A DNA stretch of 59,596 nt, the filler included, from Sphacelaria rigidula (Eukaryota), in NCBI GenBank assembly GCA_964200075.2. It is 5 parts of 5 records of this genome, joined end to end, with 100 filler letters (N's around TTAATTAATTAA, not from the genome) between each part and the next. Parts side by side here need not be neighbours in the genome. Positions count along the whole stretch, not along the records: positions 35,822 to 47,659 come from CAXNAA020004438.1; positions 47,760 to 59,596 come from CAXNAA020004439.1; 3 more parts are not named here. One strand, 5' to 3'. Under the pieces are notes generated by a model. That model made no database searches. It saw only the letters and a list, made by a program, of their open reading frames with translations, and had not been told where the DNA came from. Below are positions 38,584-49,893 of this stretch, in pieces (the first letter of the stretch is position 1; each line of letters opens with the position of its first letter). The position numbers and the translations under genes are program-made.

Positions 38584-41500
38584 TCATGCCTCCTCCGTCT
38601 TCGAGCTCACATCATCAACCGCTCCGACCACGGTAGACGCCGGAGCAGGTGTATTGAATCCATGAGCCGCCGGTGTCGCCCCAGAACTCACTTTATCAGA
38701 TTCCACGGCCGGGGACGGCGCTACAGAGGGAGATGGCGTGAACGACGGCGATAGAGTGGCGACATGCCGACGCTTCGACAAGATCTTGGGCATCGTTTCT
38801 TCCCCGTCTACGGCATGCGGCAGGTGCCTCAGGGGAGAAGGGATTCCGGCGTTTGGCGTCGCTGATGGGTAAAACGATGACTGCTCCATGCCCACAGAGT
38901 AATCCGAGTCGTTATCGAACGACCCCTGACGTCGCATACCGACCCCCGCCGCGCCCCTCTCGGAACTGTACAGTCCCCCTTTCTCCTGGCTGCGAGGGGC
39001 CCGGGGCGGCGTGGCGGTTGTAATCCCGCCGGCAAGGCGGCTACCGCCAGCAGTATCGGCGCCGGTTGCCGCGGTAGTTTGGCCTTGGCCACTGTTGGTC
39101 TCCGTGTTGCCGTCACCCGCTGCGGTATCCCTGATGATGCCATTCCCGACCGCGGCGTTACCGTTGCCACCGTCAGTGTCCCCAACAGAAGCTGCGGCGC
39201 TTTCTCCGAGAATGCCGCCGTTCAGCATGACGTTTGCAAGGGTCCTCGCCTGGGCGGCTTCAGCCTCAGCTTTGGCTGCCGCCTCCTGTTCCTCGTACGG
39301 CGCCCAAGCACGAGAGCGATTACGTGGAGAAACCCCGGTTTTTTTCTGCCGCTGTGTTCTCTCGGAGGCGCCCGCAGTCGTGGCAACACCGCTACTTTTG
39401 CCCCCACTCCTGCTCGACCGCGCCTTCTTAGCATCACCGTTCGTCTTTGACCCGCTACCGAAGCCTTTCGATGGACCCTTCTTCCTTTGCTTTACCGGGC
39501 TTCTCTCCGACTGGCCGGACGTACTGTCCGCCTGAAAAGCGGTTATGTGCGGGGTGAAACAGCAAAATAAGAGCTGCGCTGTAGAAAACAGAAATCGGCA
39601 TGTATCTGGTTACCTTCAGAAACGTAAGTGTGCGTATGTATTCTGCACGCATGGAAGTTCGTTGCGAAATACCTCAACTCATGGGCAAAAAAAGAACCAA
39701 CTCAACCGGGGAGGGCACAGTTTTGCCCTTCGCGGTGTAGGCAAGGTGTTTTCGACGTAATTCCTAGTATATACTACTCAATCCAAGCCACCCAACGGCT
39801 CGTGCTCCAATACCTACAGATGCACACAATCAACCCACCGTAAACGAAGGCTTGTCGCTGACGATCCCAAGCTCAGCGTCCGCCTCCGCTTCTGCCTCCG
39901 TCGCCGCTTGCGCCGCAGCGTCCGCTGCCCGAGAAGCTGCCGCCGCGGCGGCCAACGCCCGTTCGGCCGACAGTTGCGCGTCCCGCGCCGCCGCGCGAGC
40001 GTGCACAGCGCGCGTCTGCCCGCTGCTGCTGGCGCCCGAAGACGAGCGCGGAATCACTTCCACGGTCGAACTAGACTTGCTGATCCTCGGGAAGCTGCGC
40101 TTGTGGGTGTCGCGCGATGTTTCGGATGAAGGAGACATCGGCAAACTTCTTGGGGAGAAGCGGTAAGGAGGCGGTGGTCCACGGTTCGCTCTGCTCCCGC
40201 CGCCGCCGCCAGTGGTGCCGGACATGAGGCTGAGTGAGTCAACGGATGACATCTCGCTAGGGGTGGCCGTGACCCTGCGAGAGCGGTACTTGTCCTGTTC
40301 CTTTTTGTGCCCATTTTGTACCACGACGTGTCTCCACCGGAGTTCTTCCCAGCTCACGTCGTGGCCGGTGCGAGGTGCGTCCGCCTGTGCGTAGCCAGGG
40401 GGTGTAAGCAGGGTGTGGGGACGGGGGGTCGAGAGGTGCTCCTCGTCCTTACCAAGACCGGAGAGGTCAGTCGACACAGTTAGCACACTCGAAGGAGGGG
40501 CGGAGACTACTTCACCCTGGCCGACAGTACTGTAGGGACAGATTCGATTGCAGGTGCGAAGATCGACGTGGGGAACATCGTCTGTCTTTCAAGACACGGA
40601 CAGGTAGCAGTCTTGAACTTCGTACGCTGGGGTACAACGAAAGGGCGAGTCCTCACACGGTAGAAGTTGACGCGCGATTTGCAACTCTCTCAACCGGTTG
40701 CTCCGCGTGTTTGATATTGGCGTCGAGATATACGAAAACGATGGGTACGGGAATCAAGTCTGCCCCTGAATGATCGTGCAATAGTCGCTGGTGTAGGATC
40801 ACGGTGCCCTGAACTTGCCCCCAATGCAACGGTACATACGGCAGCAAGGCACAACACGGCTGTGAAACCAAAGTCGACCTCTGTAACGCCATGACCGCAT
40901 GATCCGACCGTACACCAAGAACCACAATGCCAACAATTTGCTCAGAAAAAAACAAGGCAGATAGTGAAAGGGTAGACGCTCACCAGCCCGCTCCTGTAGA
41001 ACCTGTGACGCCCAGGCGACAGAGTACCCACCGACGATCCGCCGTCACTCCCCAGTCTGGCCTCGAGTTCCTGTGTCTCCCTGTAAGACGGTATCGCCCC
41101 CGTCTGCAGCGCATCAGGGTCATCCATGTCGCGGATCATGGTCATGGACTTGGACCTTCTCGGCGGATCAGTTGCGTGCCCCCGCCGATCCTCCGACCCC
41201 TCCTCCGACCGCATATCCGAAGCCCCCCTGGCTGCCATCCTTCTGTGCACCTCCTGCTCCCACTCTTCCGGCGGCGACGTTCTGTCGTGGCGTGCCTCGA
41301 CGGATTGACTGCGCCGGTAGCCGTGCGGACGACCTTGACTCCGACTCCTGCGGCGGGGCTCCGGGCTTCGACCGTGGGAGTAGGGCCTTTGCGATGGCGG
41401 TACCTGGGGCACGTCGGCACGGGTAGGACTAGCATCCTTGCTGTAGTGTCGGGGTCTACGGTCGCGCCCCACACTCCTTGACCTAGAAGTCACTAGGGCA

Positions 41501-44500
41501 TCGCGCGTTGGAGTCATGCGTGGCCCAACCCGCCGGTTTTCGGGAGTGAAACGATCCCGCTCTCTGCCGGAGTTCGCCCGCTGTCGGCTGGGTGTGGTGG
41601 CGTGCATGCGCGGCGCTAGTCGTCCGTGGCTGTCCCAGCTCGCACCCATGCTCGGCGAGTACATACGCGGGCCGCGCGGGCCACCGTTGATGGGTGAGCT
41701 CGTGTACATCCGGGGTCCCATTCCCACATCTGGATCTTCGCTGTCTTCGAACCGGCCTGGAGCGGACGCAAAACGGTCCTTCGATGGAGTCGTGCTCATC
41801 ATGCGAGGCCCGTCCCTGGCCTTGAGAGGGGTAGAGCCGCTCATCCTTGGTCCGTAGTCTCGCTCTCGACTGTGTTCCCGAGATCTAGGGTCCCCGTGGG
41901 AGCGGCTGTAGCTAAACCGTCCGTCCGAATCTGGGTGCTCACTATAGGGATGAATGGTCCCCGACGACTGGTAACTCCTACGGTCCGTGGGACTAAGGGT
42001 GTCTTGGGCAGAGTCGGGCATGCCGCCGTTGTGGCCACGCCATTCGGGACCAGATTGAACATTGTGGTGACTTCCGCGGTTGTGGCCGCTGCGATGGCCG
42101 CCACCTTCGACGTCGCCGTTACTGCGCCGCATGTCAGTGTTGTCGACGACCTTCGTTCGCTTTTTTTTGCGCTTGAGGGCGCGGCTTCGACGGATGCACA
42201 GCGCGCCAACGACTGCAACGAGCACCACGCCTGTTGTGTTCATGTGCCGTGTATACGGCGAACACAAAAGATATGATGTTATTCCATGGGTTTATATCTT
42301 CGGTACATAGTGCAGTACGCGGGAAGGAGCACCCGGCGGCTACACACAGCACAGTGCTCGCCTACCGAACCAAGGTGATGGAAAAAAACGTTTGCCTTTC
42401 TTCGAGTGGTTGACTCCCTCCTTTTCTGGGAAGTTGCATACGTCGGACGAGGGACTACTCGTCGAAGAGAGTGCATCCGTGGATGTTTTTTTTAAAACAC
42501 AACAAGCATGACTCGTGTGATCGAGTCATTTTCAACAACGAGCAATGACTCGTCACTCGAATCATTCAGTTTTTTCACAACGAGCGGTGACTCGTGTGCT
42601 CAAGTTATTACTTGTTCAACAACCAGCAATGACTCGAGTGCTTGCCTCATTGATTTTTCCACAACGAACAATGACTCAAGTACTTGCCTCGTTGATTGTT
42701 ACGGCCAACGAGCAGCCCAACAAGTGCGAGTACCACGAGTCATACTCGTGCTCGTCCAACGTGATAAAAAGTTGCAAGTTTTTCTTCAACTCTTCAAGTC
42801 CGAGAGGATATACAAACAAAAAATATCGGAGGAAAATCTTGTCTCTTTCCCAGGAACCAGTAAGTTCGGTAAAGCCGCTCCTTTAAAGGTTTGAGAAAAG
42901 AAGAGGTTGTAAGTTGGGGGATTTCCCGTCAAATCTTCGTTGAAAAACGATGTCCGGGAAAGCAGGTCGATTTCAAGACCGTTGGACAACAAGAAGGGGT
43001 GATTTTTCGAGGGGGGGTTTCCCGCAAATGTTCTTTAAAATCGTTTCTTACGGAGTCATCTGTTTGCACACCAACTGGCAGCGTTCACTTCCAGAGGCGG
43101 GGTTTTGTTTAGTCACAAATTACAGCTATGCAGATTGCACGCAAACATCATGCAAAGTAGAAAAACACATAAGTCGTGCCGCGCAGAGGAACTATGGCAA
43201 GGCATCAGACATTGCATAGCGACGACCGAAGGCAGTACCCAAGGAATCAGCAACTCGCCATCAAATAGACCATTTTTTTTCCCCTAGTTCGCGATGACTC
43301 CTCACAAAGAACGATTTGATTGATACAACCGACGATGCCATGTCGATGCGAAGCTGGTTCACAAATGCGACGAGCTCCTCGTGACACCCATCAGTATCAA
43401 GTCTTCAAGTACGATCAGACTCGTCCGATAAAAAAGACGTGTTTTTTTTTGTTTCTTGGTTTTCTTTGTTGAGAAATACGGCTGGAACAAACCAACTGTA
43501 AAAACGGTCAGGGGGAATTCTTTGCTTCCGTATAAAAATTCTCGAAAAAGTTCTACGATAATGGTTTTGAGTTATCTTCGCGATAAGTACGAAGAGAAAA
43601 AGAGCTGTTTGTTTCGCACCCGAAAAAGCGGCATGAATAAAAAAATACGAGGTGCGAGACGAGCTGGGCCAGGCTGAAAATTTACATCAGCTTGAGAGCA
43701 TTGTCTAGTCAACGAACACAGAAAAGACCATGATCTACACACCTTCATCAACCGTGAAGTCAAGGGGCAGATGACAATCTGCGCAAAAACCTGGTCAGAT
43801 TTCTTCTCGTTAGTCAAACGCCATATGGAGTAAAGCCGTAACGTATGGGATATGGTTTTCTGCCCTCAACTCATGGCACACACAATCTCAGTTTCTGAGC
43901 CGAATTATCGAGATGATGCCATGAAATTTAGAGTGAAACACGACGCGTGCGTGACCTTGATCTGATCTTTGACAGTCGAGGATATCTTCGTGAACAATGT
44001 TCCTCGTTACACCACAACGTCCGTAACTAAGAAGAGGTCAATAACCGGTACATTGATCTTCATTTGCGATGTCCTTGTGATTCTCTACACAAAAATTCAG
44101 AGCGCAACTCACAAACCTGAGCTGCTTCACCCTTAGAGGGTTAGAGTAGGTCATCCGTTGAATTGGCATCCATTTCACTCGAGAAAAGTGTGCACGACCC
44201 AGATGGACTACCTCGGCGGTCTCGGGCTTGAAAGCCTACAACATACAGCTCCGCTTGTAGGCTGGTCCACCCTGGAAGTCTGGCATTCTCACCCCAAATT
44301 TGAAGTTTGAAATTTGGAATTTGGAATTTGGAATTTGGTATGGAGAATCGCCAAAGCAAAAAAAAGTAATTTCAGCGGCCACCCTGAGATATTGGAGAGT
44401 TTCAGGAAACAAAGATAGGCCAGAAAAAGTCAGGGATAGTAATGGTTTGAATAGATTCTGGTAAGACGACGAAAATTATTCCGAAGTTGTTGGCTCAAAA

Positions 44501-44883
44501 TTTTCTTTTCCGAAACTCTCTACTGTTTTATCCTTCATGAGTTGGGAACGTTTCCGTGAAGGATGTATTTATTCTTACTGAGTTCGACATGAAAACAGCA
44601 GTATTACAGTGGAGATTGATTTATTTTTTATCAGACAAGTGACGCAACAGCTATCAAATTCCCCGCGACATGCTCACCGACCACGATAGCAACCACAAAC
44701 ATCGCCGCGTTCATGTGTCCCACGGCTCCCTGTTCTCCGACAACCTGCTCATCCACCACAATCCCGGGCTCCTCCGTTGATTCCACCTCAGCGTCATCCA
44801 AAACCTCGAACACTTCACTCGTTCCATGGAGCCCCGTGTCTCGGTCCGTGACCATCACCTTGTATCCGTCTCCCAGAGTCACG
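38584..44883 (-). CDS. Uncharacterised single-pass (type I-like) membrane protein with a long disordered tail, 5'-partial
   Basis: Exons 44883-44678, 42230-40984, ~40529-39839 and 39531-38584 (TGA), all GC-rich open frames with GT-AG ends. The exon 1/2 join (phase 1) builds the TM helix MFVVAIVVGVVLVAVVGALCI followed by RRSRALKRKKKR. The exon 3/4 join is phase 0. The acceptor of exon 3 is unresolved. Confidence 0.8.
42499..42716. repeat. Intronic ~42-bp tandem array (5-6 units) with internal palindrome
   Basis: Units begin CAACGAGCAATGACTCG. The first unit contains ATGACTCG-tgtgat-CGAGTCAT. Confidence 0.8.
44298..44338 (+). repeat. 7-bp (TTTGGAA)-type tandem tail, probably the 3' end of a retroposon
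   Basis: TTTGAAG TTTGAAA TTTGGAA TTTGGAA TTTGGAA TTTGG. Confidence 0.6.
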
Positions 44884-45932
44884 CTACCGTGGGGTGCGCG
44901 GTGGGCGGGGAACGGTGGAGAGAAAAAAGAGAGGGGGGGAGGGAGAAAGCGAGAAAACGGGGAGACGAGAAGGAAGTCAAAGCGAAAAAAGAAAGTAAAG
45001 CTAATGCCCAGCAGGAGCCGTGGACGACGAGTAAGAATTAGCGTTTGAGATGCCTGGAGGGCGACTGAAAGGACAGGCAGGTGACACGAACAAACGTCTC
45101 GCGAAAAAAAGGAACAGAAACGTCCGTGACTAAGCGGGACATTGCACCGAGTTATCGTATACAGTGAACTCCAGCGCGATTTCTCGGAAAGTGCTGTCGT
45201 GCCCACTATGACTGATTTCTTCATCAATTAATTATTGCGTACGATACTGATCCGACAGAAATCTGCCCGTTGTCATGGAACAGGTGGACTGGGAATCTGC
45301 CCGAGGTCCTGGGACAGGGGGACCCACAGTGAATCCAAGGAATGAGTCAACGAGGAGGTTATTACATACAAGTAAAAAACTATGCGAGGCTAGTTTACTG
45401 GCGTTGGGCTACAAATATCTATGGTAGACACATTTTACAAGAATCGCTACCCCGCAGACCCTCACCCCAATCCAACACATACCGAGAACCCTCGGGCATG
45501 GGCGATACTTACAAACCCTATGCAAGGTGCGGCGTTGGTAGACCCCAAATCGGCGCCTGTGACGCCGATTTAAACGAAAATGGGTTTTGCACACGCGACG
45601 CGCAAATGGTAATGTCAACCCCATTGAGATTCCGATTTTCGTTATACACACTCAAATCAAGTAGCATCAACCATGAACGTTCGAAGCCCAACGCTGGTAA
45701 ACTCTACTGGAATATACGGGCAAACGGGAACCTTTCCCACCTTGTTTCACTGAAATGAAGGAGATACGTAGCGGTTGCGGGTTGGTTTTGTCCAAGGCGA
45801 TTTTATTCCGCAACAGACAGCACGACTGCTCGAGCCCGGTGTAGAGACATCAGGAGACCTATAGCTTCGGCGTAGATCTATGGTTGACAGCTCCAGTATC
45901 CAGTATACCTACTGTAAAGCTCAGTAGAGTGC

Positions 45933-46258
45933 ACCACTTGGGATGGTGAGAAATTTCTCAGACTGTTAGACTCGATTTTAGTGTGAACAGCGAAAATCCG
46001 GATCTTCAATGGGGCTATGCTCCAAGCGTGCTCCTCGCTTGCGCAGAACGCGTTTTGGTCGAAATCGACACCTGGGGCGCCGATCTGAGGTCTGGCAATA
46101 CACTCTTAGCCTACGAAAGATTGTCCACCACTTTGCCCGGGGGTTCTTGGAGTGTCTTCATTGGGGTAAGGGTTAGGATTAGAGTTAGGGTTAGTGTTGG
46201 TGTTTTAGTATGTTCGAAGTTATAAGTTTTTGACAAATTGCTCACCATCCCAAGTGGT
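45933..46258. mobile_element. MITE, 326 bp, 24-bp TIRs, with internal telomere-like hexamers
   Basis: ACCACTTGGGATGGTGAGAAATTT (45933-45956) and AAATTGCTCACCATCCCAAGTGGT (46235-46258) are inverted, 23/24. Internal GGGGTAAGGGTTAGGATTAGAGTTAGGGTTAG at ~46163-46194. Confidence 0.85.
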
Positions 46259-46949
46259 AAACTGATCTCCTGTAGCTTGGGGGGGGATATCTACGGTTGA
46301 GAGCATGGCTACTTAATTTCACATTGGAGAAAGTTCTGGGAAATTGATGGTTTGGGGCAGGTGAGCAGTGGACCCAGCTTGTCCAGAACGTTCTTGTGTT
46401 GAAATCGGCGCCTGCGGTGTCGATTTGAGGTCCACCAACGCACACTTTGCCTCGTGAAACCTATGCACCCCCCTTGCCCGAGGTCTCGTACGCCTTGGGT
46501 CGGGGTCGGGGTTATAATTGGTGTTTTTGTGAGTTTATTCGAAAAAATCAACCGTACATCTACACCGAAAGCTACAGGTCCCCTCGTAGATTAACGCCTA
46601 CCCTATATATACCACCCGTATGATATTCCATACGACTTGGCCATGTTTTGCGAAGGGGTTTAGACATAAAATGGTGAACGATGGAGGATATTCGGGAAAA
46701 TCATATCCCTTCATACATTCAACCCCCACACCGCGAGGGTAGTCCATCTGGATTATGAATACATTTTTGGAGTGATATTGATGCCGATTCAACAGACGAT
46801 CTACGCTCCCTGTCAAAAGGTTAATTATGACCGATCTGGCGTCGTTTTTTCGAAGGGAGCCCATTGTTTTATATTAAAATCATGATATACGGGCTTTCCA
46901 CAAAAATGTGGCTAAAATGGTGAATAATGTAAAATATCCGGTGTTCGCA

Positions 46950-47048
46950 CCTGTATCAGGTGATACATAACAATATATCTGCCTACATCAGGTGATATAT
47001 AACGATATATCGGCCTATATCAGGTGATGAATAATGGAATATCTGCCT
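46950..47048 (+). repeat. 32-bp tandem repeat x3
   Basis: CCT..ATCAGGTGAT..ATAA...ATATC.G units start at 46950, 46982 and 47014. Confidence 0.85.
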
Positions 47049-47659
47049 GGACCCGAGATATATGGCTGCAGCATGTGATACTGTATCCGATATGACGCCT
47101 AGCGCCCACACGCCCACGCAAAAGGGGACGCACACGGCGTCTGTGTCAACTGTGTTGTTGCTGTAGTGCGGCTGTGACACGCGATGAGCGACGCCTAGAT
47201 ACCTCCGGCCGCGGCTACAGGCGAGCCCTAGCATCAGTCGCCCTCCATATCCAAGAATAGGTGCAACAGAGGTAGGGAATATCCGGCCAGAATGGACACG
47301 CGCTTCCCATCACGAGTGGGGGGCGTGAACGTAAAACTCCTTGCCAGCGGAATCGAGCATTCAGTGTCCCTTGCACCGGAGTCTTCGATGTTTTGAATTG
47401 CTAAAGTTTTCTTCTTTTGGTCTGTCTTTTTTTTCGTTCCGTTAAGGTCCTTGCCGTTGCGGTCGGCCGGAGGAGGACTCCATCATATAACAGTACCTCC
47501 CCGACCTGTGATGATGTGGATTGAAGGTCGGACGGATTACGTTTGGGGCACCAGCAATGATGGAACTGAAACATTTAAATGACTAAGGCAAGGGGGTGTA
47601 CTCATGATCATGCATGCCATAGTCATAAGACCATTGACCTCGCATCCCTACAAAGCCGG

Positions 47660-47759
47660 NNNNNNNNNNNNNNNNNNNNNNNNNNNNNNNNNNNNNNNNN
47701 NNNTTAATTAATTAANNNNNNNNNNNNNNNNNNNNNNNNNNNNNNNNNNNNNNNNNNNN
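47660..47759. other. Artificial contig-joining linker
   Basis: Same N44-TTAATTAATTAA-N44 spacer. Confidence 0.98.
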
Positions 47760-47929
47760 TTTCGTGCTCCACGACGCGACTAATTTGGGCTTTATAGCTG
47801 ATTTCGGACAGCTACACGTCTCTCATGTGGGCGAAATTGCTCCAAACGAGCCCAATAGTGGGATTGCAGCCGCTTTGTCTGATGGTCTCCGCTGCACTTT
47901 TTGTGGGGGCGCTATCTCGGTAGTAGTCC

Positions 47930-48958
47930 TTTTTGTGTTGTTGCTCTCTTTTTTTTGCTTTTGTATTGCTGCGTGTTGATCGCGTGGACCTTGCGGTTCA
48001 TCCGAGCTATCGTTTGTTGAATTCGACGTCAACACGCCGTAGATATGGCATGCCATATCTCAACTCCTCATCCATGATCGGAGGGAAACCAAAAGGAAAA
48101 TTGCAGAACAATTTCGCGCAATGGGCCTTACCTTCCCGCAGGCATTTTGTTTTGCTTTTGTGTTGCTGCGTGTTGATCGCGTGGACTTTGCGGTTCATCC
48201 GAGCTATCGTTTGTTGAATTCAACGTCGACACGCCGGAGACATGGCATGTCATATCTCAACCCTTTCTTTATCCATGATCGGAGGGAAACCAAAAGAGAA
48301 ATTTCAGAACGATTTCACGAAATGGGCCTTAGCTTTTTGTGTTCTTGCTCTCTTTTTTGTGCTGGCCATTGTTCGCGTGGACCTTGCGGTTCATCCGAGC
48401 TATCGTTCGTTGAATTCGACGTCGACACGCCGGAGACATGGCATGTCATATCTCAAACCCTTCATCCATGATCGAAGGGAAACCAAAAGGGAAATTTCAG
48501 AACGATTTCACGAAATGGGCCTCAGCCTTTTGTGTTCTTGCTCTCTTTTTTGTGCTGGCCATTGTTCGCGTGGACCTTGCGGTTCATTCGAGCTATTGTT
48601 TGTTGGATTCGACGTCGACACGCCGTAGATATGGCATGTCGTATCTCAACCCTTTATCCATGATCGGAGGGAAACCAAAAGGGAAATTTCAGAACGATTT
48701 CACGAAATGGGTCTTAGCTTTTTGTGTTCTTGTTTTTTTTTTGTGCTGGCTATTGTTCGCGTGAACCTTGCGGTTCATCCGAGCTATCGTTTTTTGGATT
48801 CGACGTCGACACGCCGTAGATATGGCATGTCATACCTCAACCCTTTATCCATGATCGGAGGGAAACCAAAATGAAAATTTCAGAACGATTTCACGAAATG
48901 GGTCTTAGCTTCTTGTGTTCTTGCTCTCTTTTTTGTGCTGGCCATTGTTCGCGGGGAC
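47930..48958. repeat. ~193-bp tandem (satellite-like) array, left part, about 5 units
   Basis: The anchor GACCTTGCGGTTCATCC (with point variants) recurs at 47987, 48184, 48380, 48573 and 48764, and is interrupted at 48956. Confidence 0.97.
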
Positions 48959-49223
48959 TGTGGACCTGCCTGGAATCAGAGCAAGGTTACGGTGCTGCTC
49001 CAGACGCTTCCTCCCTGTCACGGGCTCCAGAGACTTCAAGACTCAGCAGTTATACAAACGGCAGTCTTCGTTCACCAGAAGTAATCTTGCACCTCGTGTG
49101 CAAACATCATACATCATGGAGTCCACCGATCATACTCTCAGACCCTTTATCCATCCACCAGACTATAAACACCTGCTATGCATTCCCCCCACTGCAGTCA
49201 TGTACCAAATCGAGGTAACAATG

Positions 49224-49875
49224 TGTTACGGATCGCGGCATGGCGTGGTGGATAAAGGGTAATACGATGGTGGGCCGTCGGTTTCAAAACGACACTACAC
49301 CCGGAGGGCTGATTGCGGGAACTGGCTAGTACCGCAATCAGAGGTGATGACGTTTGTAATCCGTCAAGATAGGGAATAAATACATAAGCATGCCTCTTTA
49401 CATCTGGTTGGATTCGGTTCTTCCCAAGGATCGATTCAACCAGCACCCTGGTGTTTTTACTTCTTCTCTGAAGTACCACGTGAACGCCACCAGGAGAAAA
49501 GAGGAATCGAATCGGCCTGAAGCTGTGATCGAGATATCGTGACGCTCGTCGTGTATCGTTCTGCGTTGGACTTTCCCACGTGTTGTGAGCTCACGATTGT
49601 TTCAAGGAATACGGTGAGACTGTAAGATGTTTGATTCAAGCAGTGAGCAGATGTAAGGAAATCGACACAGTAGTTATGAACGAACTAGTACACAATCAGG
49701 ATGGTGTATTTTCAACGTGTTCCTGCGTATTCAACATGGTATATGTTGATCATCACGCATTTGTCTGCGCATGATTTGACTTAACTAGATGCTTGTTCGC
49801 TCTAGTACATCGGCTTGTACAGTAGAGATACGCATGTGGACAACAATTATGAACAACATTATTCTGTTTGTAACA
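49224..49875 (+). repeat. 5' LTR
   Basis: TGTTAC...GTAACA termini. Colinear with 54170-54829. Confidence 0.95.
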
Positions 49876-49893
49876 TGGCGCTTCTACAACCGG
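49876..49893 (+). promoter_or_regulatory. Primer-binding site
   Basis: TGGCGCTTCTACAACCGG lies immediately after the LTR-terminal CA. TGG is complementary to tRNA CCA. The primer tRNA is not assigned. Confidence 0.65.

Noticed and set aside
39011..42276. Plus-strand ORFs overlapping the membrane-protein exons
   Set aside because: These are antisense shadows of GC-rich coding exons.
42499..42716. Palindromic repeat plus variable tail resembling a repeat-spacer array
   Set aside because: The tails are mutually alignable, so this is a degenerate tandem repeat. ORFs 42508-42894 and 42545-42886 arise from the 42-bp period.
11842..47759. Functional clustering of HCF136, POP, TPT, the membrane protein and the retroelements
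   Set aside because: They lie on separate contigs concatenated by size, so adjacency across linkers is meaningless. The TTAATTAATTAA motif is synthetic.
47933..48764. Repeated ORFs (MACHISNPSSMIEGKPKGKFQNDF..) in the 193-bp array
   Set aside because: Unit lengths vary and are mostly not multiples of 3, so the frame shifts between copies. These are artefacts of the satellite.
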